Part shown: positions 10,913 to 22,385 of the stretch, in pieces | Numbering within the stretch: the stretch's first letter is position 1 | Layout: every line of letters begins with the position of its first letter | From: Prasinococcaceae sp. CCMP 1430 | Lineage: Eukaryota; Plantae; Prasinodermophyta | DNA length: 64,000 nucleotides | Assembly (NCBI GenBank): GCA_013416795.1 | Contig: RQSC01000019.1 | Location: 191,993 to 255,992 of the forward strand | Direction: 5' to 3' | Position numbers and translations under genes: made by a program | Notes under the pieces: generated by a model | Database searches by the model: none | Told to the model about the DNA's origin: nothing | Seen by the model: the letters and a program-made list of their open reading frames with translations, nothing else

Positions 10913-13900
10913 CTAGGCCGTGGTGGGTATCTCGGCGGGCGCATCGCCGACGTCCCCGACATGCGCATCGCCCGACGTCTCCTTCTGCTCCACCGGCGCG
11001 GCCTCACCGCCGCCTGCCTCCTCCGCGCCGCCCGCGTCCATGCCGCCCGCGGCGTCGCCCACGTCGGGGGCGCGCGACGCTGGACGAGAGGCATCCACCA
11101 CCGTCTTGAGCTGCTCGCGCAGGTGCGCGATCTCGACGCCCTGCTGCTCGATGGTGGCGAGCGCCTCCTGCAGCTGCTGCGCCCCCACGCGGCTGGCCGA
11201 GGCTGCGCTCGACTTGCGCACCCGCCCGCCGCCCGCCGCCCTGCCGCCGCCCACCGCCATCGTGTCCGCCGAGCCGCTCTGCTGAATCCTGAGCGCCTTC
11301 AGCTCGCGCCGCAGCTCGTTGACCTCCTTGATGAGGACGACGTTCTCGTTCATAATGCGCAAGTTGTCCTTCTTGTGCAAGTCGCTGTCCTTTGCCAGCT
11401 GGCGCTTGAGGCCCTCCACAGACTTCTCGAGGTACGCGCGCTGGCGCGAGTTCTCGCGCAGGATATCCTCGTCGATCTTGGGCGGGCCATCGCGCCCCTC
11501 GGTGACGTGCGCCTGGAATAGTTGCTTGACCGCCTCGCGCAGCGCCTTGGGGTCCAGCAGGTGCTGCGCGCACTCGTGTAGGTCGTGGCGGAAGCGCTGG
11601 GTGAGCGCCGTCGCGTCGAGCAGCTTGAGCTTTTGCGCGTCGAGCTCGCGCTGCAGGCCGCCGAGCTTCATCTTGTGGTCCGCAAGCTGCAGGTCCGAGC
11701 TCGCCGTCTGCTTGTGGTAGCGCTCGAGCTCGAGGTCCATCTCCTTGACCTGGTCCTTCATCGAGGCGATCTCCAGCTCGCGCGGCTCGATACCGCGCTT
11801 GAGCTCGCGGATCTTGTAGTCAAGCACGAACTTGAACTTCTCAAGCTCCTGGTTCTTCTTCTTGAGATCATGGATGCGGCGCTCCTTGTCTCCGATGGTC
11901 TCGTCACGCTCGAGGATCTCCTTCTTCAAGCCTGAGATGTCCTTCTCGAGGGCCTGGATGGTCAGGTAGAGCTCCTTCTTTTGCTCAAAGAGCGCGCGGA
12001 CCTCGTCCTTGCTTTCGTCGATGTCCGTCTGCAGCGCAGAGAACTTCTTCCTCATGATGCCGTTCTCGCCCTTGAGGCGCAGCCCGACCTCGCGCTCGGC
12101 CGCCAGCCGCTTCTCGGAGCGCTCCTTGAGCTCCTCAATCTCACGGTCGGCGTCCTCCTCGAGCTGCCGCTTTATCTCCTCGAACTCCCGCGTTTGGTCC
12201 TGACCGTCCTGGTTGACGCGCTCCAGCGCCAGCTGCTCCTCCTGCAGCTTGACCTCGTACTCCTCCGTCAGCTCTGAGATCACATGCTCGTGGCTCTCCA
12301 CGAGCAGCGCGTTCTGCTCATCCCAGCGCTCGTTGAGCGTCTCCTTCTCCTGCAGCAGCTGCTGGTAGCGCTCCACCTCCTGCATGATCTTGGCCTGGTG
12401 CGACGTCTCCAGGTCATGCATGGCCTGCGTGTGTTTCTCGTCCGCCAGCTTGAGCTTCTCCTCGTACTCCATTTCCTGCTCGTTCTTCTCCTGGAACAGC
12501 AACTCGAACTTGGCCTTGTCGGCCTCGAGCTCGGTCTGGAATTTGTCGGTGAGCTCCTTGACCTTCTCGTTGAGGTTGAGGTCCTTCAGGCGCAGCTGAT
12601 ACTCGTTCTGCATGGTCAGCTCGTTCACATGCGTCTCGAGCTCGGCCATGCGCGCCTTCTTCTCCTCGAGATCCGACTTGGTGACCAGCACCTCCTCGGT
12701 GGACGCCGAAGGCAGCTCCTTGTCGCGTTTGCCCGCCCAACGCCCTTCGTCCAGCACATCGAAGACGGCCAGGCAGCCATCCTCGGACACGCAGAAGAGC
12801 AGGCTGTCGTCGTGCGACACGCACATGCGCGTGATCGAGCCCGCGTGGCACTGATACTCCTGGTATTCGCCAGTCAGCGGGAACTTGTACGCGCGCACGG
12901 CGCCTGTCTCGCTGGCGGCGAAGAGCGCGTGGGCGCTGGTGGGAAGAGCAACCTGCGTGAGCACAGTCCCCGTGTCGTACTCCTTGGCCTCCTGCGCGTC
13001 GTCAAACTCCTTGAGCTTGCAGTCCGAGCTCACAGCCAAGATGGAGCGCGCATCGGGCGTCGAAACCACGCAGGTGTAGTTGCATCCCTTGAACACATTC
13101 TCCTTCTCGCGCTTGAAGTCCTTGAGCGTCCACTCGTACACGGCGCCGTCCACGCCCGCACTGACAAGCTTGGAGTCGTCGTGCGCCCAGTGCAGCGAGC
13201 GCACCTTGCCGTTGTGACCACGCAGGTTGCCGATATTCTCGCACGTGTACGTGTTGTAGATCTGCACCGTGGTGCCGTTCACCGCCGCGAAGTACTGCCC
13301 GCCATGCGAGAAGCGGCACTCCCGGCAGGCCTTGATGGAGAACTCTTTGTACGTCCGGATGTCATCAATGAGCAGGTTCATCAGGCGCAGCTTGTCGGCG
13401 AAACCGACGAGCACGTTCAAGCCGCTCGGGTGAAACGAGACGCTGTAGGCCTCCTCGGGGAAGAACTTGGCCAGCTCGGCCGACTTTTCGAGGTAGTTCC
13501 AGATGCGCACCGAACGGTCGGTTGAGCACGTGGCCACGAGCGGCTTGCGCACGCACGTGTCGACGCCGGTGATACCCGTCGAGTGAAACGACTGCGAAAA
13601 CAGCTCGAACTTCATGTCCTCGGTCTTGAGGACGTCCGAGTTGGACAGTCCGAGCGCGAAGGCCTGAGAAGTCTCGAGCGTGCACAAGAGCGTCTCCTCG
13701 CTCGGACTGACGGCCAGGCTGAGGATGCGCTGCGGGTGGTCCTCGATGCGGAACGACTTGGACTTCTTGTACGAGTCACGATCCTCGCTCTTCTCGAAGA
13801 TGGATACCACGCCGCCGCTGCCTGAGCACACGAACCCCTTCGAGTAGGGCTTGATGCACTCGATCGAGTTGCCGTCGGGCATTGCGTTGGGCAGCGCGGT

Positions 13901-15503
13901 CCTGACCTCGCCGCCCTCCACGAGCAGCATCTCCCCTTTGTCGCTGGCCACCACGCATCGCTCGCCACGCTCGTCGGGCAGCCACGCATGGCACGTATAT
14001 TTTGCGAGCTCGCGCTTTCCAAGCGAGGTCGCCATGACCTTGAGGTTGTTATCCGCCAGTCGAAACATCTTGAAGATGCCCTGGCCGACGACGCTGAGCA
14101 CGCTGGGCTCCAGGGGGTTGAAGACCACCTGATAGAGCGGCGCGCTCGACGCGTTGCTCGCCTTCGCGCTCGCGATCACCTTTGACTTCTCCCACGCCCA
14201 CAGCACGAGCGTCCAGTCGGGCGCCCCACCCTGCGCAGCGAGGATCTTGCCGTCGGGAGAGAACGCGAGCGACACGTACTCCTTCGAGAGCACATCGGGC
14301 GCGGCGAGCACCTTGCGACGCTTGAGCGTGTGCAGGTCGCACACGCTCACCATGCCGCGCTCGGCCCGCTCGGCGACGGCCACATACTTCTTCGACGCGC
14401 TCACCGCAAGCGCGCTGATACCCTTCGACTCGCCGGTGCCAGGGATGAACTTTTGCGTCTTCTGTTCCGTGTTGTAGATGACGGTGTTGTGTCCCGCGGG
14501 GTACAGCACCACGTTCTCCTCCAGGTAGTGGATGTTGTCCTTCACATCACCCTTGAGGCCGAAGACGTGCCTGCGCGCGCAGAGGACGCGTGGGCAGGCG
14601 TGTGGCAGCAGCACACGCGAGGTGAGCCGAGCCGGACGCGGTCGCCAACGCCGAGTCAGCCGCCAATGTGGGCGCACATTGCGATCGCGCCCGCTCTCGG
14701 CGCGCTGCCGCCGGCCCACTGCCTCGCGCGACCCCTCACAGCGCTGCTCGCTCTCTTTCGCACTGCTCGCGTGCGCGCAGGCACGAGCTACTCCTTCAGC
14801 GGCGCGCTCGCGCCGCTGGGATCCGGCGCGCGAAACGCGCGTGTGAAGGCAGGGTGCGGGCAGCGCGGCATCAGACGCGCCAGACCCGCGCCCCCGGCCT
14901 GTGCCCCGCCGATTGCGAGAGACGCGCTAGCCGCAGCCATCGCAAGGGAACGCCCCACGCTCCCAACCCTACACTCCTCCACGCGAGCACAAAAGGGAAG
15001 AGATGGGCGGCACGGGTTGGCGATCCCCAACCCCTAGCAGCCGAGCGCAACGCGCGCGCTGCGGGCGCCCGCTCCGGGCACCTGTGCCTGCGCCTGCCTC
15101 CTGCAGGAGAAAGCGGACGTACTCACACGCCCGAGAGAGAGAGAGGGAAAAAAAAAACGCGCGCGCGCGGGGGTGCTCTCCCCCGCTTTTCCCCCGCCTC
15201 TCCCGACCGCGAAGCGCCCCCGCGCGGCGGCTTGCGAAGCTCTGAGCGCGTCCGAGGGCCACAGGGACGCGAGGGATGAGCCGGCCGCGCGCGAGAGCTC
15301 GCGCGGCCCGCCCTTGGCCCCTCCCACCCACCCCCCACGCACCGCGCGCGCGATTGACAAAAAAAAAAAAAGAGGGGGAAGGAAAGTAGTAGCGGGAAAC
15401 GCGACGCCGCTGCTCCGCCACTTCTCCTTCCCCCTTCCCCCCCTCCTCCAACTCCAAAGACCAGCTCCAGCACACGTGCGACGCACCTCGGCAGCAGCGA
15501 CAT
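10913..15503 (-). CDS. CFAP57: Cilia- and flagella-associated protein 57 (FAP57/WDR65); micro-exon 15487-15503, intron 14571-15486
   Basis: N-terminal WD40 region plus long coiled coil (KKKNQELEKFKFVLDYKI). The spliced start MSLLPR|HVFGLKGDVKDN fits the family. Confidence 0.9.
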
Positions 15504-16139
15504 GGCCAGCCCTCCCTCCCTCCCTCTCGCACAGCGCGCGCGCCGCGCGCGCTGTGCCGCCGCCGCGCCGCGCTGAGGCTGTTGCGGCGGCGGCGCGCGG
15601 GCGGCGTTTTCCGGCCGCCCGATGCGGCGCGCGCAGGGGGGGGGCGCGAGACGCGAGCAAATATAAACCCTTTCTAAATAAACATACTTGAACCCCAATA
15701 ATGAAACCTTAACCCCCGAGCGCGCACGGGGGAGTCGGAGTGCGCGTGCCATTTGCACTGCAGGATCGCTTGGACGGAAGTGGACCCTATGATGAAAAGT
15801 ACCCCAAAGTGAAACCTTTTCCGGGGCGAACGGCCGTCGCCGGGACCGCCGGGCCCGGCGATGCCGCACGCGAGCGCGCGAGCAGCGCCGCTCGCACGCG
15901 CCCTGCCCAGGGGATCGTGCGCCTCGCGCCTCGCGCCTCGCGCCTCGCGCTTCGCGCCTCGCGCTCCGCGCGGGAGCGCGTGCCGCTCCTGGCGTCGGTC
16001 GGAGCGCGCGGACAGTGGGCGCGTCGGTGAAGTCGCATGACATGGGTACATACACGTGCGTGCATGCGCGGCGGCAGCGAGCGCCGTGCCAAGCGCCGCG
16101 CGCGGCGAGCGCGGCGGCCGGAACGCGCACGCGCGCGCG

Positions 16140-17657
16140 TCACTTGAGCAGCTTGGCCTTCCACTGGTCCATCTGCTCCGCGACGCACGCCTTGCCCGTG
16201 GAGCCGTACGACTGGAACTGCGCGACGGCGTTGTCCACGCCGAGCGACATGTAGACGTCGTCCTCGAAGATGGGGTCGATGGCGCGCATGTCGTCGAGGG
16301 AGAGCTCCTTGAGCTCGCAGTCCTTGGCAACGCCCAGCGCCACGCAGCGGCCGACCACCTCGTGCGCCGAGCGGAAGGGCATGCCCTTGCGCACGAGGTA
16401 GTCGGCGAGCGTGGTGGCGTCCAGGAAGCCCTTGCCGAGGCCCGCGGCGATGTGCTCCTTGTTGAAGGTGACGTTGTACGCGAAGGCGGTGGTGACCTCG
16501 ACCACCTTCATGACGGTGTCCACCGCGTCGAAGAGCGGCTCCTTGTCCTCCTGCAGGTCGCGGTTGTACGTCGACGGCAGCCCCTTGCAGAGCGTGAGCA
16601 GGGTGACCAGGTTGCCGATGACGCGCGCGCTCTTGCCGCGCACGATCTCCATGGGGTCGGGGTTCTTCTTCTGCGGCATGATGGACGAGCCCGTGGACAC
16701 GTTGTCGGCGGGCGTGATGAAGGAGAACTCCTCGCTCGCCCACAGCACCCACTCCTCGCCCAGCCGGCTGAGGTGCATGCCCACGATGGACAGCGCCGAC
16801 ATGTACTCGATGATGAAGTCGCGGTCCATCACGCTGTCCACCGAGTTGGCGGTGGGCGCGTCGAAGCCCAGCGCCTTGGCGGTGGCGTGCCGGTCGATGG
16901 GCAGCCCCGTGCCGGCCATCGCGCACGCGCCCAGCGGGCACTGGTTGGCGCGCGCGCGGCAGTCGCGCAGCCGCCCGAGGTCGCGCTCCAGCTGCTCCAC
17001 GTACGCGAGCAGCTGATGCTGCAGCAGGATGGGCTGGGCGCGCTGCAGGTGCGTGTACCCGGGCACCACCAGGCCCTCGTTGGCGTCGGCGAGCAGCACG
17101 AGCGCGCGCTGCAGGTCCACCACCTTGCCCTCGAGCTCGTCGATCGAGTCGCGCATCCACAGCCGCACGTCGGTGATCACCTGGTCGTTGCGGCTGCGCG
17201 CCGTGTGCAGCTTCTTGCCGGGCTCGCCCACCTTCTCGATGAGCGCGCTCTCGATGTTCATGTGCACGTCCTCACGGTCGGCGCGCCACTCGAAGCTCCC
17301 GTCCTCGATCTCCGCCTCGATCTCCGCCAGCCCGGTGAAGATCGCCTCCCTGTCCGCCTCGTCCATCAGCCCCTGCGCGCACAGCATGTCGGCGTGCGCG
17401 CGGCTGCCGCGAAGGTCCTGGGCGTACATCGTCTTGTCGAAGGAGACGCTCTCGCCGAACTGCTCCACCACCGGCAGCACCGCCTCGGAGAACCGCCCGC
17501 CCCACATCGCGCCGCCGCTGTCGTACCCGCCGCCCTGCTTGCCCCCCCCCTCCGCGCCGCGCGCCGCCGCGCGCCGCGCGTCCCCCTCTTCACGGCGCGC
17601 CGGCCGCCGCCCAAGCCCTCGGCGGCTGCGGCCCCCGCCCGAAACCGACTCTGACAA
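16140..17657 (-). CDS. argH: Argininosuccinate lyase (plastid type); exact start uncertain
   Basis: WGGRF, HTARSRNDQV, PGYTHLQRAQP, GSSIMPQKKNPD and YNRDLQEDKE. Confidence 0.97.
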   Translation of the reverse strand: MSESVSGGGRSRRGLGRRPARREEGDARRAAARGAEGGGKQGGGYDSGGAMWGGRFSEAVLPVVEQFGESVSFDKTMYAQDLRGSRAHADMLCAQGLMDEADREAIFTGLAEIEAEIEDGSFEWRADREDVHMNIESALIEKVGEPGKKLHTARSRNDQVITDVRLWMRDSIDELEGKVVDLQRALVLLADANEGLVVPGYTHLQRAQPILLQHQLLAYVEQLERDLGRLRDCRARANQCPLGACAMAGTGLPIDRHATAKALGFDAPTANSVDSVMDRDFIIEYMSALSIVGMHLSRLGEEWVLWASEEFSFITPADNVSTGSSIMPQKKNPDPMEIVRGKSARVIGNLVTLLTLCKGLPSTYNRDLQEDKEPLFDAVDTVMKVVEVTTAFAYNVTFNKEHIAAGLGKGFLDATTLADYLVRKGMPFRSAHEVVGRCVALGVAKDCELKELSLDDMRAIDPIFEDDVYMSLGVDNAVAQFQSYGSTGKACVAEQMDQWKAKLLK

Positions 17658-17732
17658 CTCTCTCCCCGCTGGCTGGTGCGGGTCCGCTCGCCTTTGCTTT
17701 TCCCATGTCCTTTCCGCGCTGTGGTCACAAGA

Positions 17733-17940
17733 ATTTCAATACCGGAAAAGACCATAGAAGCATCCTTTTCGACATCACAAAATGCGGAGTTGACGCCCGT
17801 CGAAAGCGATGCCACCCTGTGTGTTTGCGTATGTGTTTGCGTGTGTGTGATTTCAATACCGAAAATACCATAGAAGCATCCTTTTCGAGATCAAAAAATG
17901 CGGGGCGGACGCCCGTCGAAAGCGATGCCACCCTGTGTGT
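17733..17940. repeat. Two ~90-bp imperfect direct repeats (period ~117 bp), each followed by (TG)n
   Basis: atttcaatacc...ccatagaagcatccttttcga...gacgcccgtcgaaagcgatgccaccctgtgtgt occurs at ~17733 and ~17850. Confidence 0.85.
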
Positions 17941-18905
17941 GCTGTGTGTGTTTTTTGGTGTGTGTGTGTGGGGGGGGGGGTACTCAGAGCGTGTCTGTGC
18001 GCTCGTGGCTCTGGATCTGCGCTCGGCTTGTGTGTGCACGCACGATGCCGTCTGTGCGCGCGCGCGCGCGCGCGCGCGGGTGTGGGCTGGGGTGCGCGCG
18101 CGCGCGCGCACACGAGTGTGTGTGTGTGATTGTGTGTGCTCTCGTGCGAACGCGTGGCGTTGCGTGGAGGCCGCGCGCGCACACCAAAAAAAAAAGAAAA
18201 AAAGCGGGTCCGAGCGAAGAAGCCGGCAAAAAAGAGCCGAACTCATCTGCGCGGCGACGCGATTTACTTTATTTTTATTTTTACAGTATTGATTTTGATT
18301 TTGATTTTTGTTTTAGTTTTCCAGCGACCGCGACCCAACAAAAACAAGCGGCGGGCGGCCCTTTGTGGAATCCATGTCCCGATTGCATTGGGTTCCACTT
18401 CTCTGAACAATGTTTTAGATTGGAGCAAAATGGAATCCCATTGGTTTGAGCGGGGTTCAACGTGGGTTCCGGCGCGCGCGCGCGCCGGCGCGCGCGCGCG
18501 GCCGTTGGGGGCGTGGCGGCCACGCGTGCGGCGACGGCGCCTGTGGCCTCCGCGCGCTCGCGCTAGCGCGCGGCGGGGAGGCCGCGTGGGCCGAGGGGGA
18601 TGCGCGCTGCCGGCTCGCGGCGAGGTGGCTGCGCGCAGCTGTGGGCGCTGCGCGGGTCGCCGCAGTGCTGTGATCGGGGGGTGGGGCGCCCCCTGCCTAG
18701 GGGCGTTGTTGTCGCCCGCTCGCCGGTCCATGCGAAAGAATGCCGCAACGGGGAGTTCTGCCAGTCGTACCTTGCGCCCTCGCTGACCCGAAGCTCGCTC
18801 CGCTCGCTCGCTTGCTCACGCCCGGCTCTCTCTCGTGCTCCGCTCCTTGCCGCCACTGCCCTCCCCCCCCCCATCTCCCCCCTGCCTCTGCTTCTCTGCT
18901 CACAG

Positions 18906-19521
18906 GTGCTCGGCGCGCGCGGCGCCCTCGCGCGCGCGCGTGGCGGGTCCGCGCCGCAACGTGTCGATGATGGCGACCTCGCGCGCGACCAAGGAGAGCC
19001 AGGTCGAGGAGGTGAAGGCGCTGCTGGAGGATTCCTTCCTGGTGGGTGCCATCCCGTACTCTGGCACCGATGTGGCCACCATCACGTCGCTGCGCGTGAG
19101 CCTGCCCGAGGAGGCCAAGCTCAAGGTGGTGAAGAACACGCTGATGAAGCGCGCGATCGACGGCGACGAGAAGTGGTCGAGCCTCGAGCCGCTGTGCACG
19201 GGCATGAACGCGTGGATGTTCATTCAGGGCGAGGAGGTGCCGCCGACGATGAAGGCGCTGAAGACCTTCCGCAAGGAGAACGACTACGAGCCCAACTGGT
19301 CCGGCGGCGCGCTCGATGGCAGCTTCGTCCCGGCGGAGGAGTTCGCGGCGCTGGAGAAGCTCCCCACCAAGAAGGAGCTGTACGCCAAGATTGCGGGGTT
19401 GGTCAAGCAGGTGCCCACCAAGGTGGCCAGGGCGGTCAACGCGGTGCCCTCCAAGGTCGCCTACGGCGTCGTGGCGGCCAAGGACAAGGCCGAGGAGGAG
19501 GGCCGCGACACGCTCGCCTAA
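18906..19521 (+). CDS. RPL10: Plastid 50S ribosomal protein L10 (uL10c); first exon not identified
   Basis: LKVVKNTLMKRA and LEKLPTKKELYAKIAG motifs; acceptor CACAG at 18901-18905; transit-like residues precede the mature domain. Confidence 0.9.
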
Positions 19522-19529
19522 GTTGTGTG

Positions 19530-19534
19530 TGTAA
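19530..19534 (+). terminator. Putative TGTAA polyadenylation signal after RPL10
   Basis: Chlorophyte-type signal. Also seen at 25024 and 50454 (+) and 46901 (-), downstream of other genes. Confidence 0.4.
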
Positions 19535-19596
19535 TGCGCCTAGCAATAATTGTCAAACCGATACAGTACAACGTCTGCTGCCTGACGCAGGCCCGA

Positions 19597-20874
19597 TCAC
19601 CGCAGCTGCCTCCACGACGGCGTGGCGCGCACCTCGTGATGGCGCACGTTGACAGTGCCGTCGTTGAAGAGACCGCGATCCCTGTCGTGAAGCGCCTCCA
19701 CGCGCCGCGCCTGCGCTGAGGTGGGGCGCAGCACGCGTCCCTTGTCGGCGACCACCTTCTTGTCCACCTCCGAACGCACGCTGGCAGCCATGCGCTCGAG
19801 TCGTCGCGCGCGCTCCTGCTCCTCCTCGCGCTTGGCGGCCTTGGAGGCCGCCTTGCGCTCCACCATGCGCAGGTCGCGCTCGTGCATGCGCATGGCGTCC
19901 TCCTTGGTCAGCTTCGGGCGCGCAGCCCGAGCGGCGTCGGCCTTGACTAGCTCCTCGGCCTTGCGTGCGGCAGCCGCAGCCTCGCGGCGCGCGCGGTACT
20001 CGAGCGCGGCCGCACGTCGCACGGCATTCGCCTCCTTGGAGGCACGCGCCGCCTGGGCGCGTCGAGCGTCGAGGCGCTTCTGCTCTTCCATGGCGTCGCG
20101 GTCCCTAGCGGCCTTCTCAGCCTTCCACGCGCGGACCTCCGCGCGCTTCACCTCGGCCGCCAGCTCGCGCTCCTCCCGCGCCCGCAGTTCCGCCTCAGCG
20201 ATGGCCGCCAGGTCGTCGCTGTCATCGCTCTCGGACACGATGTTGGTCGCCATCGGGCCCAAGCCGAAGGCCCTGTCTCTGTTTCCCCGTTTGCTGCCGA
20301 GCCGCGCCATGTCGCGGCGCAGGCGCCAGCGTTGGATGGCGGCGCGGCGCTCCGCGAGGAGATCCTCGTGCTCGGCGTGCCAGCGCGCGTGCGCGATGAC
20401 GTCCTGCTTGGGAATGTGCGCCAGGCGCTCCGATGCGCGTGCGACCACGGCGGAGTAGTCACCGCCGGCCGCCTTGAGCTGCTTCATGAACATCTCGTGG
20501 TCAGCCTCGTCCCAGCCCCCAAGCTGTCCCTTCGTTGCGACGAAGTCGTCGTACGCCTGCACCTCTGGCGGGCTCTCCTCCGCGCCACCAGCCGAGGCGC
20601 GAGCCGCCACGCGCGACACCATCGAGGGCGGCGCTGCTGGGCCCCCGCGGGCTGACGTGCCCGCCGCGGCGCTCTCCGTCTCCCAGCGCGCGCGCCTCTG
20701 CTCGAACGCGCTGAGTTCGGCCTCGATGTCTGCCTCCTCCTTGAGCAGCACCTCGAACCTGGAGTGCGAGGACTCCTTGAGCGCCAGGATCTCCGCCTCG
20801 CTGTCGTCCATCTCGCGAGTGAGCCTCGCGAGCAGCGCCGCGGCGCCGTCGCCGCCCGCCGACGCTGCTTCCAT
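19597..20874 (-). CDS. CCDC112: CCDC112-like coiled-coil protein; probably 5' truncated
   Basis: GQLGGWDEADHEMF...V.AHARW....L...R..I..WR and terminal RATPSWRQ resemble CCDC112. Confidence 0.7.
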   Translation of the reverse strand: MEAASAGGDGAAALLARLTREMDDSEAEILALKESSHSRFEVLLKEEADIEAELSAFEQRRARWETESAAAGTSARGGPAAPPSMVSRVAARASAGGAEESPPEVQAYDDFVATKGQLGGWDEADHEMFMKQLKAAGGDYSAVVARASERLAHIPKQDVIAHARWHAEHEDLLAERRAAIQRWRLRRDMARLGSKRGNRDRAFGLGPMATNIVSESDDSDDLAAIAEAELRAREERELAAEVKRAEVRAWKAEKAARDRDAMEEQKRLDARRAQAARASKEANAVRRAAALEYRARREAAAAARKAEELVKADAARAARPKLTKEDAMRMHERDLRMVERKAASKAAKREEEQERARRLERMAASVRSEVDKKVVADKGRVLRPTSAQARRVEALHDRDRGLFNDGTVNVRHHEVRATPSWRQLR

Positions 20875-20962
20875 GAGGTCGCCGAGCGCGGCCACGCCGC
20901 GCCGCGCAGCGTCGGCGCCGCCGTCGAGGCGCGCGCCGCACGAGCCGCGCCCGGTGGCGGGG

Positions 20963-21724
20963 ATGGACGCGGCGCAGAACGAGCTCCGCGGGCTGATCGA
21001 GGCCAAGGAGGCAGAGGTGCTCGCGCTGCGCGAGTCGCGGCGCGCGGCGCTCGAGAACGCGCTCGGGGCGAAGGCCGATGAACTCGCGCGCGCGACGGAT
21101 GCGCTCGATTCGCTGCGCAAGGACTTCGCGCACAACCTGCGGCTGCTGGATGAGCGCGACGCCGAGCTGGCGCGGTACGAGCAGGGCATGGGCCGCGTGC
21201 GCGCGCTCGTTGCGGGTCTCGAGCGTGACCTCGGCGAGGAGCGCGATGCGCGCCGCGAAGCCGACGCGGCGCTCGCGTCAGAGCGCGCCGCGCACGCCGA
21301 GAGCGCGCAGCACATGGCCGAGCGCGCGGAGAGGCTGCGCGTCGAGGCGGAGGAGGTCCGCATGGAGCGCGACGAGAGGCTGCTGCGCGCCAAGGAGGCC
21401 GCGGACGCCGAGCGGCGGAGGCTCGAGCGCGCGCTAGACGCGCGCACCGCGGAGCTCGAGGCGCAGCGCCGGGAGCTTCTGACCGCCGGCGAGAACGCCC
21501 TCGGCGAGCATCAGGCCGCGGCGGCGGGTGCAGAGGCGGGGCGCGCTCCGATGCGTTCTTTTGATGGCGTCGAATTTTTCGAAATATGTTTCCATCCTCC
21601 CTCGCCCCTCCTCGCGCGCGAGCGAGCGCCGCGTCCGGCCCGCTCGCCCCGCCCCGCCCCGCCCTGTGCGCGCGGTGGGCGCAGTGTGGCGGGCCTGAGC
21701 GCGCCGGGGGAACTCTGGAACTGA
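20963..21724 (+). CDS. CCDC57: CCDC57-like N-terminal coiled coil; apparently truncated near 21540
   Basis: LIEAKEAE...LRKDFAHNLRLLDERDAELARYE resembles CCDC57 (L.EDF.YNL..L.ERD.EL.RYD). Coding character is lost after ~21540. Confidence 0.65.
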   Translation: MDAAQNELRGLIEAKEAEVLALRESRRAALENALGAKADELARATDALDSLRKDFAHNLRLLDERDAELARYEQGMGRVRALVAGLERDLGEERDARREADAALASERAAHAESAQHMAERAERLRVEAEEVRMERDERLLRAKEAADAERRRLERALDARTAELEAQRRELLTAGENALGEHQAAAAGAEAGRAPMRSFDGVEFFEICFHPPSPLLARERAPRPARSPRPAPPCARGGRSVAGLSAPGELWN

Positions 21725-22385
21725 ACTTCTCATTTCGTCACCGTAAAAATACGCATTGACCACAAAATAATATGTAAAACAGCGGTACATTTGCTAATTG
21801 GAGCGCGCAATCCGCGAAAGCTGTCCTGGCGGGTGCCTGCGCGCATTCAAAACCGCTCCGGCGCTCCGCGGTGAAAAAAACACTTTGGCGGTGCATTTCA
21901 GCACCAAAATGGGGCGAAAATCGGGCAAAGAAAAAGCCTCGCCCGCTAGGGCGCGGAGGCCGCCGAGGGGGGCCACACGGCGCGCGGCCAGGCGCGCCCC
22001 TTCCCCCTCCCCCCTCATTCCCCCTTCCGGGGGGCGCGTGGGAGGGGGGCGAGGGCGGGGGCTGCCGCGCGCGCTTTCGCTCCCCGCCCTGCTGCGCCGC
22101 GCGAGCGTGATCTGGCGAGGGTGCGGGTGCTGGCGAGGGTGCGGGTGCTGGCGAGGAGCCGCTGCCACCGAGGGCCGGGACCGTGCGGGTGTTGCGCCGG
22201 CGCGGGCCGAGGCAGCCGAGCGGGTGCACGAGCCGGCGCCAGTGCCTGCACCAGCGACCGCGCGCGAGGCAGCTTGTGCGGGCGAGCGCGTGCGCGTGCG
22301 CGTGGCTCTGTGTTGTGTGCGCGCGTGAGAGAGAAAGAGCCACACAAAGTGAGAGGGAGGGACGAGGCAAGCGCCGGGGGTGGCG

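Noticed and set aside
17733-17940. CRISPR-like repeat/spacer array
   Set aside because: Only two long imperfect units with microsatellite spacers, eukaryotic context and no cas genes.
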